DNA of 64,000 bases, from positions 496,001-560,000 of the forward strand of contig JAXLNO010001166.1 in assembly GCA_038087875.1 (NCBI GenBank). The letters run 5' to 3'. Both the position numbers and the translations under genes were made by a program. Shown piece after piece: positions 47,520 through 60,900 of the stretch. Under the pieces are notes generated by a model. That model saw only the letters and a program-made list of their open reading frames with translations. It ran no database searches and was not told the DNA's origin. How positions within the stretch are numbered: position 1 is the stretch's first letter; every line of letters begins with the position of its first letter. This stretch comes from Malacoraja senta. Lineage: Eukaryota.

Positions 47520-48050
47520 TCCTTAGATTAGTTTGGTATAGAGGTACAACCTCGAAACAGGCCCTTAGGCCCCACTGAGTCTATGCTGACCAGTGATCCC
47601 CCCACACTAACCCTATCCTACACACACCTGGGGCCAATTAACCTGCAAACCTGCATGTCTTTTGAGAGTGGGAGGAAGCTGGAACCCCCAGAGAAAACCC
47701 ACACAGGTCACGGGGAGAACGTAAAAAATCCATACATACAGCACCCATGGTCAAGATCAAACCTGGGTCTCTGGCACTGTAGCAACTCTACCGCTGCTAC
47801 TCCGTGCCACCCCTTTGCGTCACCGTGCTGCCTACACAGTTCTATCCAATACACATGGGACAATTTACAGATGCCAATTAACCTATAAACCTGCAGGTCT
47901 TTGGAACTGGGAGGAAACCGAAGCACCAGGGTAAAACCCATGCAGTCACAGAGAGAACATACAAAGTTGGTACAGACAGCACCCTTAGTCAGGATCAAAC
48001 CTGAGTCACAGGGACTGCAAGGAAGTAACTCCACTGCTGTGCCACTCTGA
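47520..48050 (-). mobile_element. Two head-to-tail SINE copies
   Basis: The SINE body repeats at ~47560-47820 and ~47830-48050. Confidence 0.75.
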
Positions 48051-48799
48051 GGCCCCTCTGATTGAAATGTTGGTTGCACGTTCTAACTTTATTCATGAGG
48101 GTAATCGTCAACAACACAAGTAAAAATAGCAGGAGTGGACGACGACTCCTCTGTTCCATTACCCCAAAACCCTCAATTGCCTGAATCTTTCAAAGCTTTC
48201 TCTATCTGTTCATAAGCGTATCTAATGCCTTAGTCACCACCACCTCTGGGCACAGAATTCCAGCGATTCACACACTTCTGAAAGAAGTAATTTTTAGGTA
48301 CCTCAGTTTTAAACAACTGGTCCCTTATTCTGTAGTTGTTTCCCATTGTTTTTAGACTTTCCCACCAGTGAAACATCTCAACATCTATCATGAAAAGCCC
48401 CTTAAGATATTGCATGTGTGAATAAGGTCACTCATCACGTTCTACACTCCAAGGAATGCAGACCTAAAGTGTTTACCGCTCTTGATGGGACAACCTTTTC
48501 ATCTCTTGACTTAGTTTGGTGAATTTCACCTGGTCTGCATCCAATGCTCCTATACCCTTTTTAATGTTAAACTGTGTGTGGTTTTCCAGTTATTGACTCA
48601 CTATCATCCTGCATAATTCCAATATAACTTCCCTGTTCTTAAATTCCATCCCCTTTGTAGTAAAGACTGCATTTTTTCCATTGGTTACTGGGCCTGCTAC
48701 TAACTTAATTTGATGCATGCACTTGAATACCAAGATCCCATCTGAACTTCACTCAGTTACAGTCTCTCTCCATTTAGACAATAATCCACCATTTAAGGT

Positions 48800-49520
48800 T
48801 TAGCTTTAGGTTTGGTATTGTGATGTGTACCAAGGTACGGTGAAAAGCATTGTGTTTGCTGTTGTATACATAAATACTATCAAGCCAAACGCAAGTACAA
48901 TAGGCAGACTGACGGATAAGATACAGTGTGAAGAATATAGCTCTCAACATTATTGTACAACAGTTCCAGAGACAAAATCCAATGGCCATATTGAGGTAAA
49001 GGAGAATTGGGAATGGGTCCTAGCACATGGAACATTCAAAAGCCTGATAACAGAGTAGAAGAAGCTGTTCCTGTGTCTGGTTCTCTACACCTTTAAGCTT
49101 TGCATCTTCTACCTGATGGAAGTGGAGAAAAAAGGAATCACTAGTGTGAGAAAGGTCTTTGACAATGTTGGCTGTCTTCCTGAAGAGGCAGGAAGTGTAA
49201 ATGGAGACAATGATGGGCAGTCTGGTCTGTGTGATGGACTGTGCTACATCCACACCTCTCTGCAATATCTTGTGGTCTTGGGCAAAGCCATTCTGAAAAC
49301 AAGCTGTGATGTAACCTGATAATATGCTTTCTATGGTGCATCTATGGAAGTTGGTAAGAGTCATTGGACACATATTAAATTTCCTCAGTCGTCTGAGGAA
49401 ATGGAGGCATTGGTGTGCCTTCTTGGCTGTCCCTTCAATGTGGTTGGTCCATCAAGGTTCGTTGGTAATATTTACACCAAAGAATTTGAAGCTCTCAACC
49501 ATTTCTACTTTGGCACCATT
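48800..49520 (-). mobile_element. Rex1/Babar-like LINE 3' fragment (degenerate)
   Basis: LTNFHRCTIESILSGYITA.F...QDHKILQRGVDVAQSIT; tail 'tttggtattgtgatgtgtaccaaggtacggtgaaaagc' on +. Confidence 0.7.
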
Positions 49521-50104
49521 GATACTGATTGGGGCAAGCTGACTTGATTCCTTATGCCAAAGAGCATGACTCGAAACATCACCAATTCTACCTAGAGATG
49601 CTGCTTGTCCTGCTAAGTTACTCCAGCATTTTGTGTCTATCTTCAGTGTGAAGCAGCATCTGCAGTTCCTTCCAATACAATTTGGCTGCTCCACTGAGAA
49701 ATCTCCTCAAGGTATGCCTACTTTGAAGAAGTTCTCCTCCTCTCTCCAACGAGAGTTCTGCAGTCCGAAAATGGGTCTCGACCTGAAACGTCACCCATTC
49801 TTTCTATCTAGAGATGCTGCCTGTCCCGCTGAGTTACCCCAGCATTTTGTGTCTATCTTCAGCATGACCTCACAGTTTCCCACATTAAACACATTAGCCA
49901 GGTTTTGACTAATCACTCAAGCTATCTATATCCTGTTGTAGAATCATACTTTCCTCATTAAACCGTACCATTTCATCTATTTTTGTATCATTCCCAAAAC
50001 TGAGTCCTTACATTGGTTCCCTGCTGCAATAGTTGAGGGGAGCCCTGATAGAAGTATGTAAAATTATGAAAGGCATGGATCGGTTTGGCTCCGGTCTGGC
50101 AGAA

Positions 50105-51670
50105 GGTGCAGAAGATTGCGCCGAGCAACTGAAAGATGTCTTCACAGACATTTTTAACATCTCACTCAGCCAGGCAGTAGTGCCCAACTGTCTTAAGAGT
50201 GCCACCATCGTCCCTGTCCCGAAGAAACCAAACCCAGCCTGCCATAATGACTTTCGACCAGTGGCTCTAACACCCATAGTAATGAAGTGTTTTGAGCGAC
50301 TGGTTATGCAGCATATCAAAAATAGTCTACCTGCCAACCTAGACCCACTGCAGTTCGCCTACAGAGCCAACTGATCCACAGAGGACGCAGTCTCAACAAC
50401 ACTGAACCTCGTACTGTCACACCTTGATCGGAAAAATACTTATGCCAGGATCCTCTTCATAGACTTCAACTCTGCTTTCAACACAATCATTCCGCAGCAG
50501 CTGGTGGAGAAGTTGGAGCTATTGGGGGTTGATGCTGGCACATGTAACTTGGTCCTGAACTTTCTATCGCAACGGCAGCAGACAGTCAGGGTGGGCAGTA
50601 GGACATCAAAAACCATAGCCGTGAGCACTGGCTCGCCCCAAGGCTGTGTCCTAAGCCCCCTGTTGTTTAGTCTGCTAACACACGACTGTACTGCTAGACA
50701 CAACAACAACTTCATCAACAAGTTCGCTGATGACACAACAGTGGTGGGTCTCATCAGTGACAATGATGAGTCGGCGTACAGGATGGAGGTGGAGCTGCTC
50801 ACAGGATGGTGCAAATCCCACAACCTCATTCTCAACGTGGGAAAAACTAAGGAGATGGTGGTTGACTTCAGGAGGGCGGGAAAACAACACCATACACCTC
50901 TGCACATCGATGGAGCTGATGTGGAAAGGGTCAACAGCGTGAAGTTCCTAGAACTCCACCTGTCAGATGACCTGACGTCCACGACCAACACCACAGCACT
51001 GGTCAAGAGAGCCCAGCAGCGACTACACCCTCTCCGAAGACTACGTAAAGCAGGTCTCCCCACTACACACCTACGAACTTTTTATAGGGGGACAATCGAG
51101 AGCACATTAACCTACGGCATCACTTCCTGGTTCGGGAGCTGCAAGGCGTACGAACGGCACCAACTAGACAGGATTGTGAAGACCGCCAGCAGGATTATTG
51201 GTGCTCCACTCCATTTCCTGCTGGACATATACAGGAAGAGATGTATCAGCAGAGCCATCTCCATCATCAAAGACCCCTACCACCCATCGCATCACATATT
51301 CTCCATCCTGCCATCTGGGAAGAGGTACCGGAGCATTAGGTGCAAAACCAGCAGGATGCTCCTCAGCTTCTTCCCGCAGGTTATAAGACTGATAAACGGT
51401 CTTTGTCCCCTGCCAAAGTATCGTGCACCAACCACCAACCTGGACACACTGCAGCAGAGCCACTGTCGTGCCGCTGCCGATCGGAACGCCTGTTGATGTT
51501 TAGTAGAGAGTAGAGTGTCAATTTGTTCATGATATATGTATTTTTATTCTATTTATTTTTTACTGCACACTGAAATGGACAATGGTTGAGCAACGTTTTT
51601 TTGTTTCCTCGATATACTGTGAAAACTCAGGAAATGACAATAAAGATATACAATACAATACAATACAAGA
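50105..51670 (+). mobile_element. Rex1/Babar-clade LINE RT, 5'-truncated, one nonsense codon, (TACAA)n tail
   Basis: [28 protein letters not shown] (TGA 50372-50374), [45 protein letters not shown]. Tail at ~51648-51667. Confidence 0.92.
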
Positions 51671-51909
51671 TTGAAGGCACGTACCACCAGCCTCAGCGAC
51701 AGTTTCTTCCCCTCTGTTATCTGGCTTCTGAACAGTTTTTCTGTAGGTTATGGTAAGTATGATTTACCTCTATCCACCGAGATCATTGGTGTTTCTCACT
51801 GGAACTGATGCGCTACAATGCTGAGATCATTATGCTGCATGATATTATTCCCCTTTTAATTGATTATATCTGTGTATAGTATATCTAATCTGTTTGGATA
51901 GCATGGCAT

Positions 51910-52960
51910 GCCTAGGTCCTTGGATGGAGTCAAGGGGGGAGGTAAAGCGACAAGTGTAGCATTTCCTGCAGTTGCAAGTGAAAGTACCAGGGGAGGGGGT
52001 GGTTTGGGTGGAAAGGGACGAATTGACCAGGGAGTTACAGAGGGAGCAGTCTCTGCAGAAAGCCGAAAGGGGAGAAGATGAGAAGATGTGGTCAGTGATG
52101 GTATCCCGTTGGAGGTGGCGAATATGTCGGAGGATTATCTGTTGTATGTGACGGCTGGTAGGGTGGAATGTGAGGACAAGGGGGACTTGTCATGAGTGGG
52201 GGGGGGGGATGGGGAGTGAGAGCGGAGCAACGGGATATAGAAGAGACCCTGGTGAGAGCCTCATCTATAGTCGAAGAGAAGAAGCCTCGTTCCCTAACCT
52301 TCCCCTCCCCTGGCACTTTCCCTTGCAACTGCAGGAAATGCTACACTTGTCGCTTTATCTCCCCCCTTGACTCCATCCAAAGATCTAAGCAGTCTTTCCA
52401 GGTGAGGCAGAGGTTCACCTGCCCCTCCTCCAACCTCATCTATTGCATCCGCTGCTCTAGGTGTCAACTGCTCTACATCGGTGAGACCAAGCTGAGGCTT
52501 GGCGATCGCTTCGCCCAACACCTCCGCTCAGTCCGCATTAACCAAGCTGATCTCCCGGTGGCTCAGCACTTCAACTCCCCCTCCCATTCAGAATCAGACC
52601 TTTCGGTCCTGGGTCTCCTCCACGGCCAGAGTGAGACCCTCCGCAAATTGGAGGAGCAGCATATCATTTGTTGCTTGGGTAGTTTACACCCCAGCGGTAT
52701 GAACATTGACCTCCATTTTCAGGTAGTCCTTGCTTTCTCCCTCCTTCCCCTCCCCTTCGAAGCTCTCCCACAGCCTACTATCTCCACCTCTTCCTTTCTT
52801 CTTCCCGCCCCCCCATCCCCATATCAGTCTGAAGAAGGGTCTCGACCCAAAAATCACCTATTCCTTTGCTCCATAGATGCTGCCTCACCGCTGAGTATCT
52901 CCAGCATTTTTGTCTACCTTCGATTTTTCCAGCATCTGCAGTTCTTTCTTAAACATGTAC
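51910..52960. mobile_element. Penelope-like element with an inverted 5' segment (- ~51910-52290, + ~52295-52960)
   Basis: ~51912-52000 is the reverse complement of ~52300-52390. The plus part encodes CRKCYTC...NLIYCIRCSRCQLLYIGETK (GIY-YIG) and ends in a pLTR. Confidence 0.88.
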
Positions 52961-53098
52961 TTGTTCCTTGTACTTTCCCCAAGTGTATGATGGGGGTAAT
53001 ATGGAGTGAGCTTTATCCAAAATCAAATGTGAGGTAAGAGTCGTTTAATTGTCATATGTATCAACAATAGAACAACATTCTGACTTGCTGCAGCTTAA

Positions 53099-53415
53099 AG
53101 GCCCTGTCGCACTGTACGAGCTAATTCAAGAGTTCTCCCGAGTTTCCCCTGATTCGAACTCGGAGAATTACGGTAATAGCCGCTGGTAGGTACTTGGGGA
53201 TCTTGTGGACTTTTTTCAACATGTTGAAAAATCTTCACGAGTCTTCACGAGCTTACCGCGTTTCCCCGAGTACCTGCCGTTAGTGTTACGAGCCGTTAGG
53301 AGACGTCCCGAGTTCCGACGTAACCGCTACGTACATTCTACGTACTTACCACGAGTTTGATTTTTTTTTAAACTCGGGAGAGCTCTTGAATTACCTCGTA
53401 CAGTGGGACAGGCTT
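53099..53415. mobile_element. Harbinger/Tourist-like MITE with ~45-bp TIRs
   Basis: Left 'ggccctgtcgcactgtacgagctaattcaagagttctcccgagttt' versus reverse complement of right 'gcctgtcccactgtacgaggtaattcaagagctctcccgagttt'. TAA at the left flank; CpG-rich interior. Confidence 0.75.
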
Positions 53416-54224
53416 TGAATTTTCTTTTTAAAAGGCAGTACATTGAGGCAACTGGCAGAATTGGTGCCCCTCTGCTACAGCAACTTGGATTCAATCCTGA
53501 TCTCGGGTACAACGTGTATCATTTTCATGTTCTCCATATGACACGTGGATCTCCACCAAATGCTCCGTTCCTCCTATATCTCAAAGACATGCGAGTTGGT
53601 TGGTTATAATTGAATTCTGTAAATTGCCCAGTGTGTGATTGGATGACAGATGTTGTCTATGTTTAGTTTAGTTTAGAGATACAGTGAGGAAACAGACCCT
53701 ACAGCCCACCGGGCCTGCACCGACCAGCGATCCCCGCATTTTAACGCTACCCTACACACACTAGGGGTAATTTTACCTTTTATACCAAGCCAATTAACGT
53801 ACAAACCTGTACGTCTTTGGAGTGTGGGAGGAAACCGAAGATCTTGGAGAAAACCTACGCAGGTCACGGGGAGAACGTACAAACTCCATGTAGAAAAGCA
53901 CTTGTAGATGGGACTGAACCCATGTCTCTGGCACTGTAAAGCAGTAGCCTTACGACTATGCCACCATGCCATCCTTCAGCAAGGCCCCACATGGGTGGCT
54001 GGTCCATTAGGTTGGAAAACATGGGATCCAGGGTGAGCTAGTCAATTGGACACAAAGTTGGCTTGGTGGTAGGAGTCAGAGAATGGTAATGCAGGGTTGT
54101 TGTTTTTTTACATAGGAAGCCTGTGACCAGTGGTATGCCTCAGGGACTGATGCTCTGATGTCATTCAGTCACACACAGTGCTCTCAGACTGATTAATGAT
54201 TTCAATTTGCAGAAATGAAAGAGA

Positions 54225-54345
54225 TGAAGGAAAGAGAGATAGAGCTGAGGGATGAGAGATGGAGAGATAAATAGACGGAGAGAGATAGGGAGATAGAGAG
54301 AGAGATATATAGTGAGATGGAGAGAGATGATAGATAGAGAGAGGG
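54225..54345. repeat. Imperfect (GA)n purine-rich simple repeat
   Basis: gagagatagagctgagggatgagagatggagagataaatagacggagagagatagg... Confidence 0.85.
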
Positions 54346-54509
54346 ATAATGTGATTGATACTTGTTGAGAGCAGAGCTGAAAATAGGTGAGGTGCCCTTG
54401 GGAAACAGTGTGGACACAGGATGTCTGAGGATGGCCAGTTTATAAATGGACTACACTATGAAGGAAAATAGATCAATGTTAAGAGTTCTCAAGCCAGATA
54501 AGCAAAACT

Positions 54510-55975
54510 AAGGTACACAAAAATGCTGGAGAAACTCAGCGGGTGCAGCAGCATCTATGGAGCGAAGGAAATAGGCAACGTTTCGGGCCGAAACCCTTCT
54601 TCAGACTGATAGGGGGTGGGGAGAAGAAAGGAAAAAAGGCAGAGGAGGAGCCCGAGGGCTGGGGGAGGGGAGGAGACAACCATAGGGCTGATGAAGGGGA
54701 GGGGACAGCAAGGGCTAGCAGAATTGGGAGAATTCAATGTTCAAGCCCCCAGGATGTAGACTGCCCAAGCGGAATATGAGGTGCATTTCCTCCAATTTCC
54801 GGTGTTGCTCGCTGTGGCCATGGAGGAGACCCAGGACAGAGAGGTCAGATACGGAATGGGAGGGGGAGTTGAAGTGCTGAGCCACCGGGGAGGTCAGGAT
54901 GGTTATTGCAGACCGACCGGAGGTGTTCGGCGAAACGATCGCCAAGCCTCCGCTTGGTCTCACCGATGTAGATCAGCTGGCATCTAGAGCAGCGGATGCA
55001 ATAGATGAGGTTGGAGGAGATGCAGGTGAACCTCTGTCGCACCTGGAACGACTGCTTAGGTCCTTGAATGGAGTCGAGGGGGGAGGTGAAGGGACAAGTG
55101 TTGCATCTCTTGCGGTTGCAAGGGAAAGTACCCGGGGAGGGGGTGGTACGGGAGGGAAGGGAAGAATTGACAAGGGAGTTACGGAGGGAGCGGTCTTTGC
55201 GGAAGGCAGACATGGAGGGAGATGGGAAGATGTGGCGAGTGGTGGGATCACGTTGGAGGTGGCGAAACTGACGGAGGATCACTTGTTGTATGTGACGGCT
55301 GGTGGGGTGAAAGGTGAGGACTAGGGGGACTCTGCCCTTGTTGTGAGTGGGGGGATGCGGAGAGAGAGCAGTGTTGTGGGGTATGGCAGCGACCCTGGTG
55401 CGAGCCTCATCTATGGTGGAGGAGGGGAACCCCCGTTCCCTGAAGAATGAGGACATTTCGGATGCCCTGGTGTGGAACGCCTCATCCTGGGAGCAGATGC
55501 GGTGTAGACGGAGGAATTGGGAGTTGGGGATGGAGTCCTTACAGGAAGCAGGGTGGGAAGAAGTGTAGTCCAGATAGCCATGGGAGTCGGTAGGTTTGTA
55601 GTGGATGTCGGTAAGGAGTCTATCACCTGCGATGGAGATAGTGAGGTCAAGGAATGGTAGGGAAGTGTCGGAAATGGTCCAGGTGTATTTGAGTGCCGGA
55701 TGGAAGTTGGTGGTGAAGCGGATGAAATCAGTCAGTTGTGTTTGGGTGCAGGAGGTGGCACCAAAGCAATCATCGATGTAGCGGAGGTAGAGGTCGGGGA
55801 TGGGACCCTGGTACGCATTGAACAAGGATTGTTCTACGTATCCGACAAAGAGGCAGGCGTAGCTGGGGCCAATGCGTTTGCCCATAGCTACGCCTTGTAT
55901 TTGGAGGAAATGGGAGGAGTCAAATGAGAAGTTATTGAGGGTAAGGACCAGCTCCGCTAGGCGGAGGAGGGTGTC
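54510..55975 (-). mobile_element. Penelope-like element, best-preserved copy (RT C-half, GIY-YIG endonuclease, pLTR)
   Basis: 346-aa ORF with QGVAMG (just upstream of the listed start), YLRYIDDCFG, DYTSSHP and IYCIRCSRCQLIYIGETKRRLGDRFAEH. Frameshift near 54880; 5'-truncated. Confidence 0.93.
54574..54609 (-). ncRNA. Minimal type I hammerhead ribozyme motif in a Penelope pLTR
   Basis: Minus strand TCAGT-CTGAAGA-A-GGGT(TTCG)GCCC-GAAAC-GTT-GCC: CUGANGA and GAAA cores, stem II with a UUCG loop, palindromic ACGU stem III and a GUU cleavage triplet. Activity untested. Confidence 0.7.
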
Positions 55976-57429
55976 AGTGGCCGGGTATAGGTTGCAGTCC
56001 CTGGATGAGTGGCAACTTGAATTTCTTGATTTTCTTTTCAGAGTTCAGACCTTGGATTAGAGTCTATTGTGCAACAAATCAGCTGAGCCCCTGGACAGAT
56101 TAATGGTTGCCTGTTCAACATTCTGTACAACTGTAACATGACACCCCAACCCTAGTCCTCAGTACCATGGCTGAGGAAACATGGCATAACATATACTCTG
56201 TGACGGAATGAACAGCAGATGCTAATTTAAACCGAAGATAGACACAAAAAGCTAGAGAGACTCAGCGGCAATATTTCTGGAGAGAAGGAATGGGTGACCT
56301 TTTGGGTTGAGACGATTCTTTAGACATATATTCCCTTCACTACCCTATCAAACTATGATGCCATTTTCAGGGAACTATGTAATTGTACACCAAGGTACAG
56401 CTCCATTTACAATCCTGCAATAACCCGGTGGGGGGGAGGGGGCAGGGGGTGTGGCACTCGGCAGCTTGAGAGCCCATCGTGATTGGTGCACTGGAGGGGG
56501 GGTGGGGAGGGGGGAGGGAGGGTTGGAGCACTGGAGTGCCCATCCCTCCTGGAGTGGCCCTGTCCTGCCTTGCGAGTGCATTGTGAAGTCACTCGGATTT
56601 TGTTTCCAAAATGGAAGAGTTTGAAGAAATCAGACTGTTAAATTTTTTTTTACGATTAATAACTTCGGAAATATAGGTGGAAATGTGACGGGAAGATGTT
56701 TATTGCCACCATGGGGAAAAATGTGAGTAAGATGTGTGAAAATGAGAAAGCTGTGGCCTAGCATCAGGAAGAAGATAGGAATTAACCAGATTGACACACA
56801 CAGAGACACATCGTGGGCACAAACAAGCCAAAGACTTTTAGTTATATAGAGATGTCCTAGATAGAACAATGACATTCTTACTTGCAGCAGCACAACAGAA
56901 TATGTAAACATAGTACACTGTAAACAATATAAGAAACAAGAAATAAAAATATCTGGGTGTGTATATATACACACATACTCACAAATACACATATATACAG
57001 ATCATATTCGTATATATATATACACACACACATACTCATATGTACACACAAAAAACAAACAATAATGGTGCAACAATAACAATAATAGTCTATTTAGTTA
57101 AGAGCTTGTTTAAGGCTGTAGTGTTTAATAGCCTAAAGGATGTAGGGTAGAAGTTATTCCTGAACCTGACGTTACAGTTTTAAGGCTCCTGTACCTTCTA
57201 CCCTATGGCAGGGGTGAAATAAGTGTGTGGCCAGGGTGGTGTGTGACTCTGATGATGCTTGCTGCCTTTTTGAGCTTCCTTCGATGGTAGGAAGGTCAGA
57301 ACCCGTGATGGACTGGGCAGTGTTCACAAGTTTTTACAGTCTTCTTCACTCCTACATTAAATGAATGAGGGTAACTTGATAAAGAATAAATCCACTCAGA
57401 AAATAAAAGCTGTCATCTCTGTGAGGAGC

Positions 57430-58330
57430 TGCATGAGATGAGCAAGATCTTCAATGAGTATTTCTCCCCTGTTTTTACTGTGGAGAAAGATTTGAAGATG
57501 AGGGAGCTTGCAACAGGAAATGGAGATGTCTGGAGGACAGTCCGTGTTATGGCCGATGATGTGCTGGACATCCTAAGACATATGAAAGTAGATAATTCAC
57601 CCAGACCTGATCAGATATATCTGAGGACAATGTGGGGAGCTAGAGAAGAAATTGCAAGCGCCCTGACTGAGAGATATGAATCATTGTTAGACATGGGTGA
57701 GGTGCCGGATAACTGGAGGGTGACAAATGTGGTGCATCTATTTAAGAAGGACTACAGGGCAAAACCTAGAAACTATAAATCAGTGAGCCTACAATCTGCG
57801 GTTGGTAAGTTACTGGAGAGGATTCAGAGAGAGAAGATAAATATGCATTTGAAGAGACAGGGGCTGGTCAGCGTGGTTTTGGACGTGGGACATCACGCCT
57901 CACCAATCTGATAGTTTTTGGAAAAAGTAACCAAGAAGGTTGATGATGATAAGGTCATAGACATTGTACATATGGTCTTTAGCAAGGCCTTTGATAAGTT
58001 TCTGCATGGTAGGCTGCCCTTCATGATTAGAGCTCATGGCATTCAGGGAGAACTAGCTGCCTAACCAATGAATTACGTTCATGGAAGCATAGGGTGATAG
58101 TGGAAGTGCTTTTCACACTGGAGGCCTGTGAATAGAGGTATCCCTCAGGGTTCAGTGCTGGGCCCATTGCTGATTGTGGCTTATATAATCAACTTAGATG
58201 AAAATGTGCGGCATGATTAGAAACTTTGCAGATGACATTGACCTAGTTGGTATCATAAACAGTGAACAAAGTTATCAAAAATTACAGCTGGATGTGATCA
58301 GTGAGACAAGTGGGCTGAAGAATGGTTAAT
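57430..58330 (+). mobile_element. CR1 RT remnant
   Basis: SKIFNEYFSPVFTVEKD, KVDNSPRPDQIY, VPDNWRVTNVVHLFKK, 'cctcagggttcagtgctgggccca'. Confidence 0.85.
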
Positions 58331-58599
58331 GGAGCTTCCAGGCCTGACCTACTGACACTGTTGATCATGCCACCATCGGCCCACAAAGCTTCCAGGCCAT
58401 GTTTACCTCCAACCTTTACCTGTACTCTAGCCACTCGTGGGCCCATTGACTCCGCCGATCCTCGCCTCTTCACCGGCCACCAGCCGGCCAAAGACATCAA
58501 CACATGGTTTGCAAGCCCCTTTTCCGGCCTTGGGCCTCTACGCTGCTGGCCCCGACAATATACAGTAAAGCTCTCCGGGGTCCTTCCCCCCTGACTTCC

Positions 58600-58860
58600 T
58601 TCTGATACAGAACAGTCAGTCTTCAACTGAGGCCTTATCTTTGTATCCCTACGCCCCCACCTCAACAAATTCAGGGCTCACCATGATGTAGAGATCTTCT
58701 TCAGTTGCCTCCGCCTCCAAGCCTTTTTCTACGGGAAGGAGTCCTCGCCTCCCGGTGAAAACACAGTCCTCCTTATCCTACAAACCCCTCTTTGACCCCC
58801 TGTGCCGGCCTTCTACCCTCTCCCGACCTGTTTATTTCGAACTGCTGGCATGACATATCT
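58600..58860 (+). mobile_element. Probable Penelope-like ORF N-terminal fragment
   Basis: Reads GLIFVSLRPHLNKFRAHHDVEIFFSCLRLQAFFYGKES, resembling the GL.F.P / F.R.LRL..FF pattern at the start of vertebrate Penelope ORFs (recalled, not aligned). Confidence 0.55.
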
Positions 58861-60074
58861 CTAAACCAAACTCAATTATGAATAAATGGTGATTCATTTC
58901 TAAGTCAGGATGGATCCCAGGTCAGGTTCCCACACATCTGCTGACCATGTTGTTCTTGTGCTTGAGATGTTGAGTTTGGAATGTTCTGATGGCCTAGACG
59001 ACCCGTATCTGCAGTGTGTTTTGTCACTGGTTGAAGCTTGTGGTGCAGTGAATAAATGAGGAAATGAAATTGAGCATTGTGCAATCAACAGCAGACTCTC
59101 ACTTTTGACTTTATAATGGAAGGATGGTCACTAAAGTACCAGATCTTGATATTGAGTACTCCACATCTTCCAGGAACCTAACATTGATTTACCTTGATCG
59201 GGTTACTTGGATCTGCATAAAGAATGGGAACAGCTTCAAACAATCTACTTGATTGTCGTTAATTAATTTTATTAATAATATCATAGTCATAGAGTGATAC
59301 AGTTTGGAAACAGGTCCGTCGGCCCAACTCGCCCACACCGGCCAACAATGTCCCAGCTACACTAGTCCCACTTGCCTGCGATTGTCTAACTGTTTCTTAA
59401 AAGATAGAATAGTCCCAGCCTCAAGTCCCTCCTCTGGCAGCTTGTTCCATACACCTACCACCCTTTGTGTGAAAATGTTAACCCTCGGATTCCTATTAAA
59501 TCTTTTTCCCCTTCACCTTGAACCTATGTCCTCTGGTCCTCGATTCCCCTACTCTGGGCAAAGTCTCTGTGCATTGAATAGCAGTTGATTGCGTTATCAT
59601 TTCAATGTGTGCTGATCTTTCAGGAAACGTTCCAAGTCAATCCATGTTCATCACACTCATAGTCACTTTGAGGTAACATTGGCTGGGCAGGTTGTCCCTT
59701 ATGGTAATCTTGATAAGGAATGTCTGGCCAAGTGTACAATGGCCAATTAATTCATGGAATCAGATTCAAGTTGGGGCCGTGGACCAGTGTCTGTTCCATG
59801 CAAAATTAATCCTGATATTATGAACTTTACACTAATACCAAATAATGTGGGCTAAACCCTGCAGCTCCAAACCAGTGCTGCCACCAAAGCAATAGGTTAT
59901 AAGGTCAAGTTAAATCTCTACATTGTTTACAACTTTGGAGTTTTGATTTATGCAAAATGTTAGTGGAAATGTGGTAACTCTTGTGTATTGTCTCAATGTA
60001 ATCTATATTTCCTGTAGTCTTGTACTAAAGTATGATTGTCCTTGTGTATTGTAAATGTTTGACAGAACTGTAGG

Positions 60075-60900
60075 GGCGTCAGGGCTACGTCTTGTCACCC
60101 TGGTTATTCTCACTCTACACAATTCAACTCGCATCCCAGTATAGTTCAGTTAAAATATATAAATACGCAGATGACACAACCATCATAGGTCTCATCTCTA
60201 ACAACAAGGAAACAGAATACCGCACTCAAACAAACAAAGCAGTCACTTGGTGCACAGATAATAACCTCTTACTCAACACATCAAAAACACATGAACTTAT
60301 CATTGATCTCAGATGGAAGGCACAACCCAAGACCCCCCTACTCATCTCTGGCAAACCCATATCCACCACTGACTCATTCAAATTTCTTGGCACTCACATA
60401 AGCAATAACCTCAAATGGAAAATCAATTCAGATCACATCTATAAAAAAGCCAACCAAAGACTTTTCTTTCTCCGTCAGCTCAAGACGTTCAGAGTGAGGA
60501 AACATCTCCTAATCCGATTTTACACAGCCATCATCCAAAGCATGCTCACTTCATCAATAACGGTTTGGTACAGCAGTCTAGACACTCACTCCCGTAATAA
60601 ACTACAGCGCATTGTCAACAAAGCATCCCAAATCATCAGTACTCCCCTCCCTATCAATAGATTCACTCAATCTCAAATGGTCCGTGTTAAGGGTGAAGAG
60701 AATCATTTCTGATCCCTCCCACCCAGCTCACCACATCTTCCACCCGCTGCCGTCAGGAAGGCGCTACAGCTCACTGCCCGCCAAAACATCACGATTTAAA
60801 AACCGTTTCTACCCATATGCAATTCGAACTCTGAACACTCTATGACAACATCACACAGCCACCTCGTGCATGTACTGTATACTGTATGTTGTTGTGTGCT
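60075..60900 (+). mobile_element. Rex1/Babar/L2-like LINE RT 3' part
   Basis: LSPWLFSLYT, YKYADDTTIIGLISNN, LLLNTSKTHELIIDLR, KKANQRLFFLRQL, PSGRRYSSL. Confidence 0.88.
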
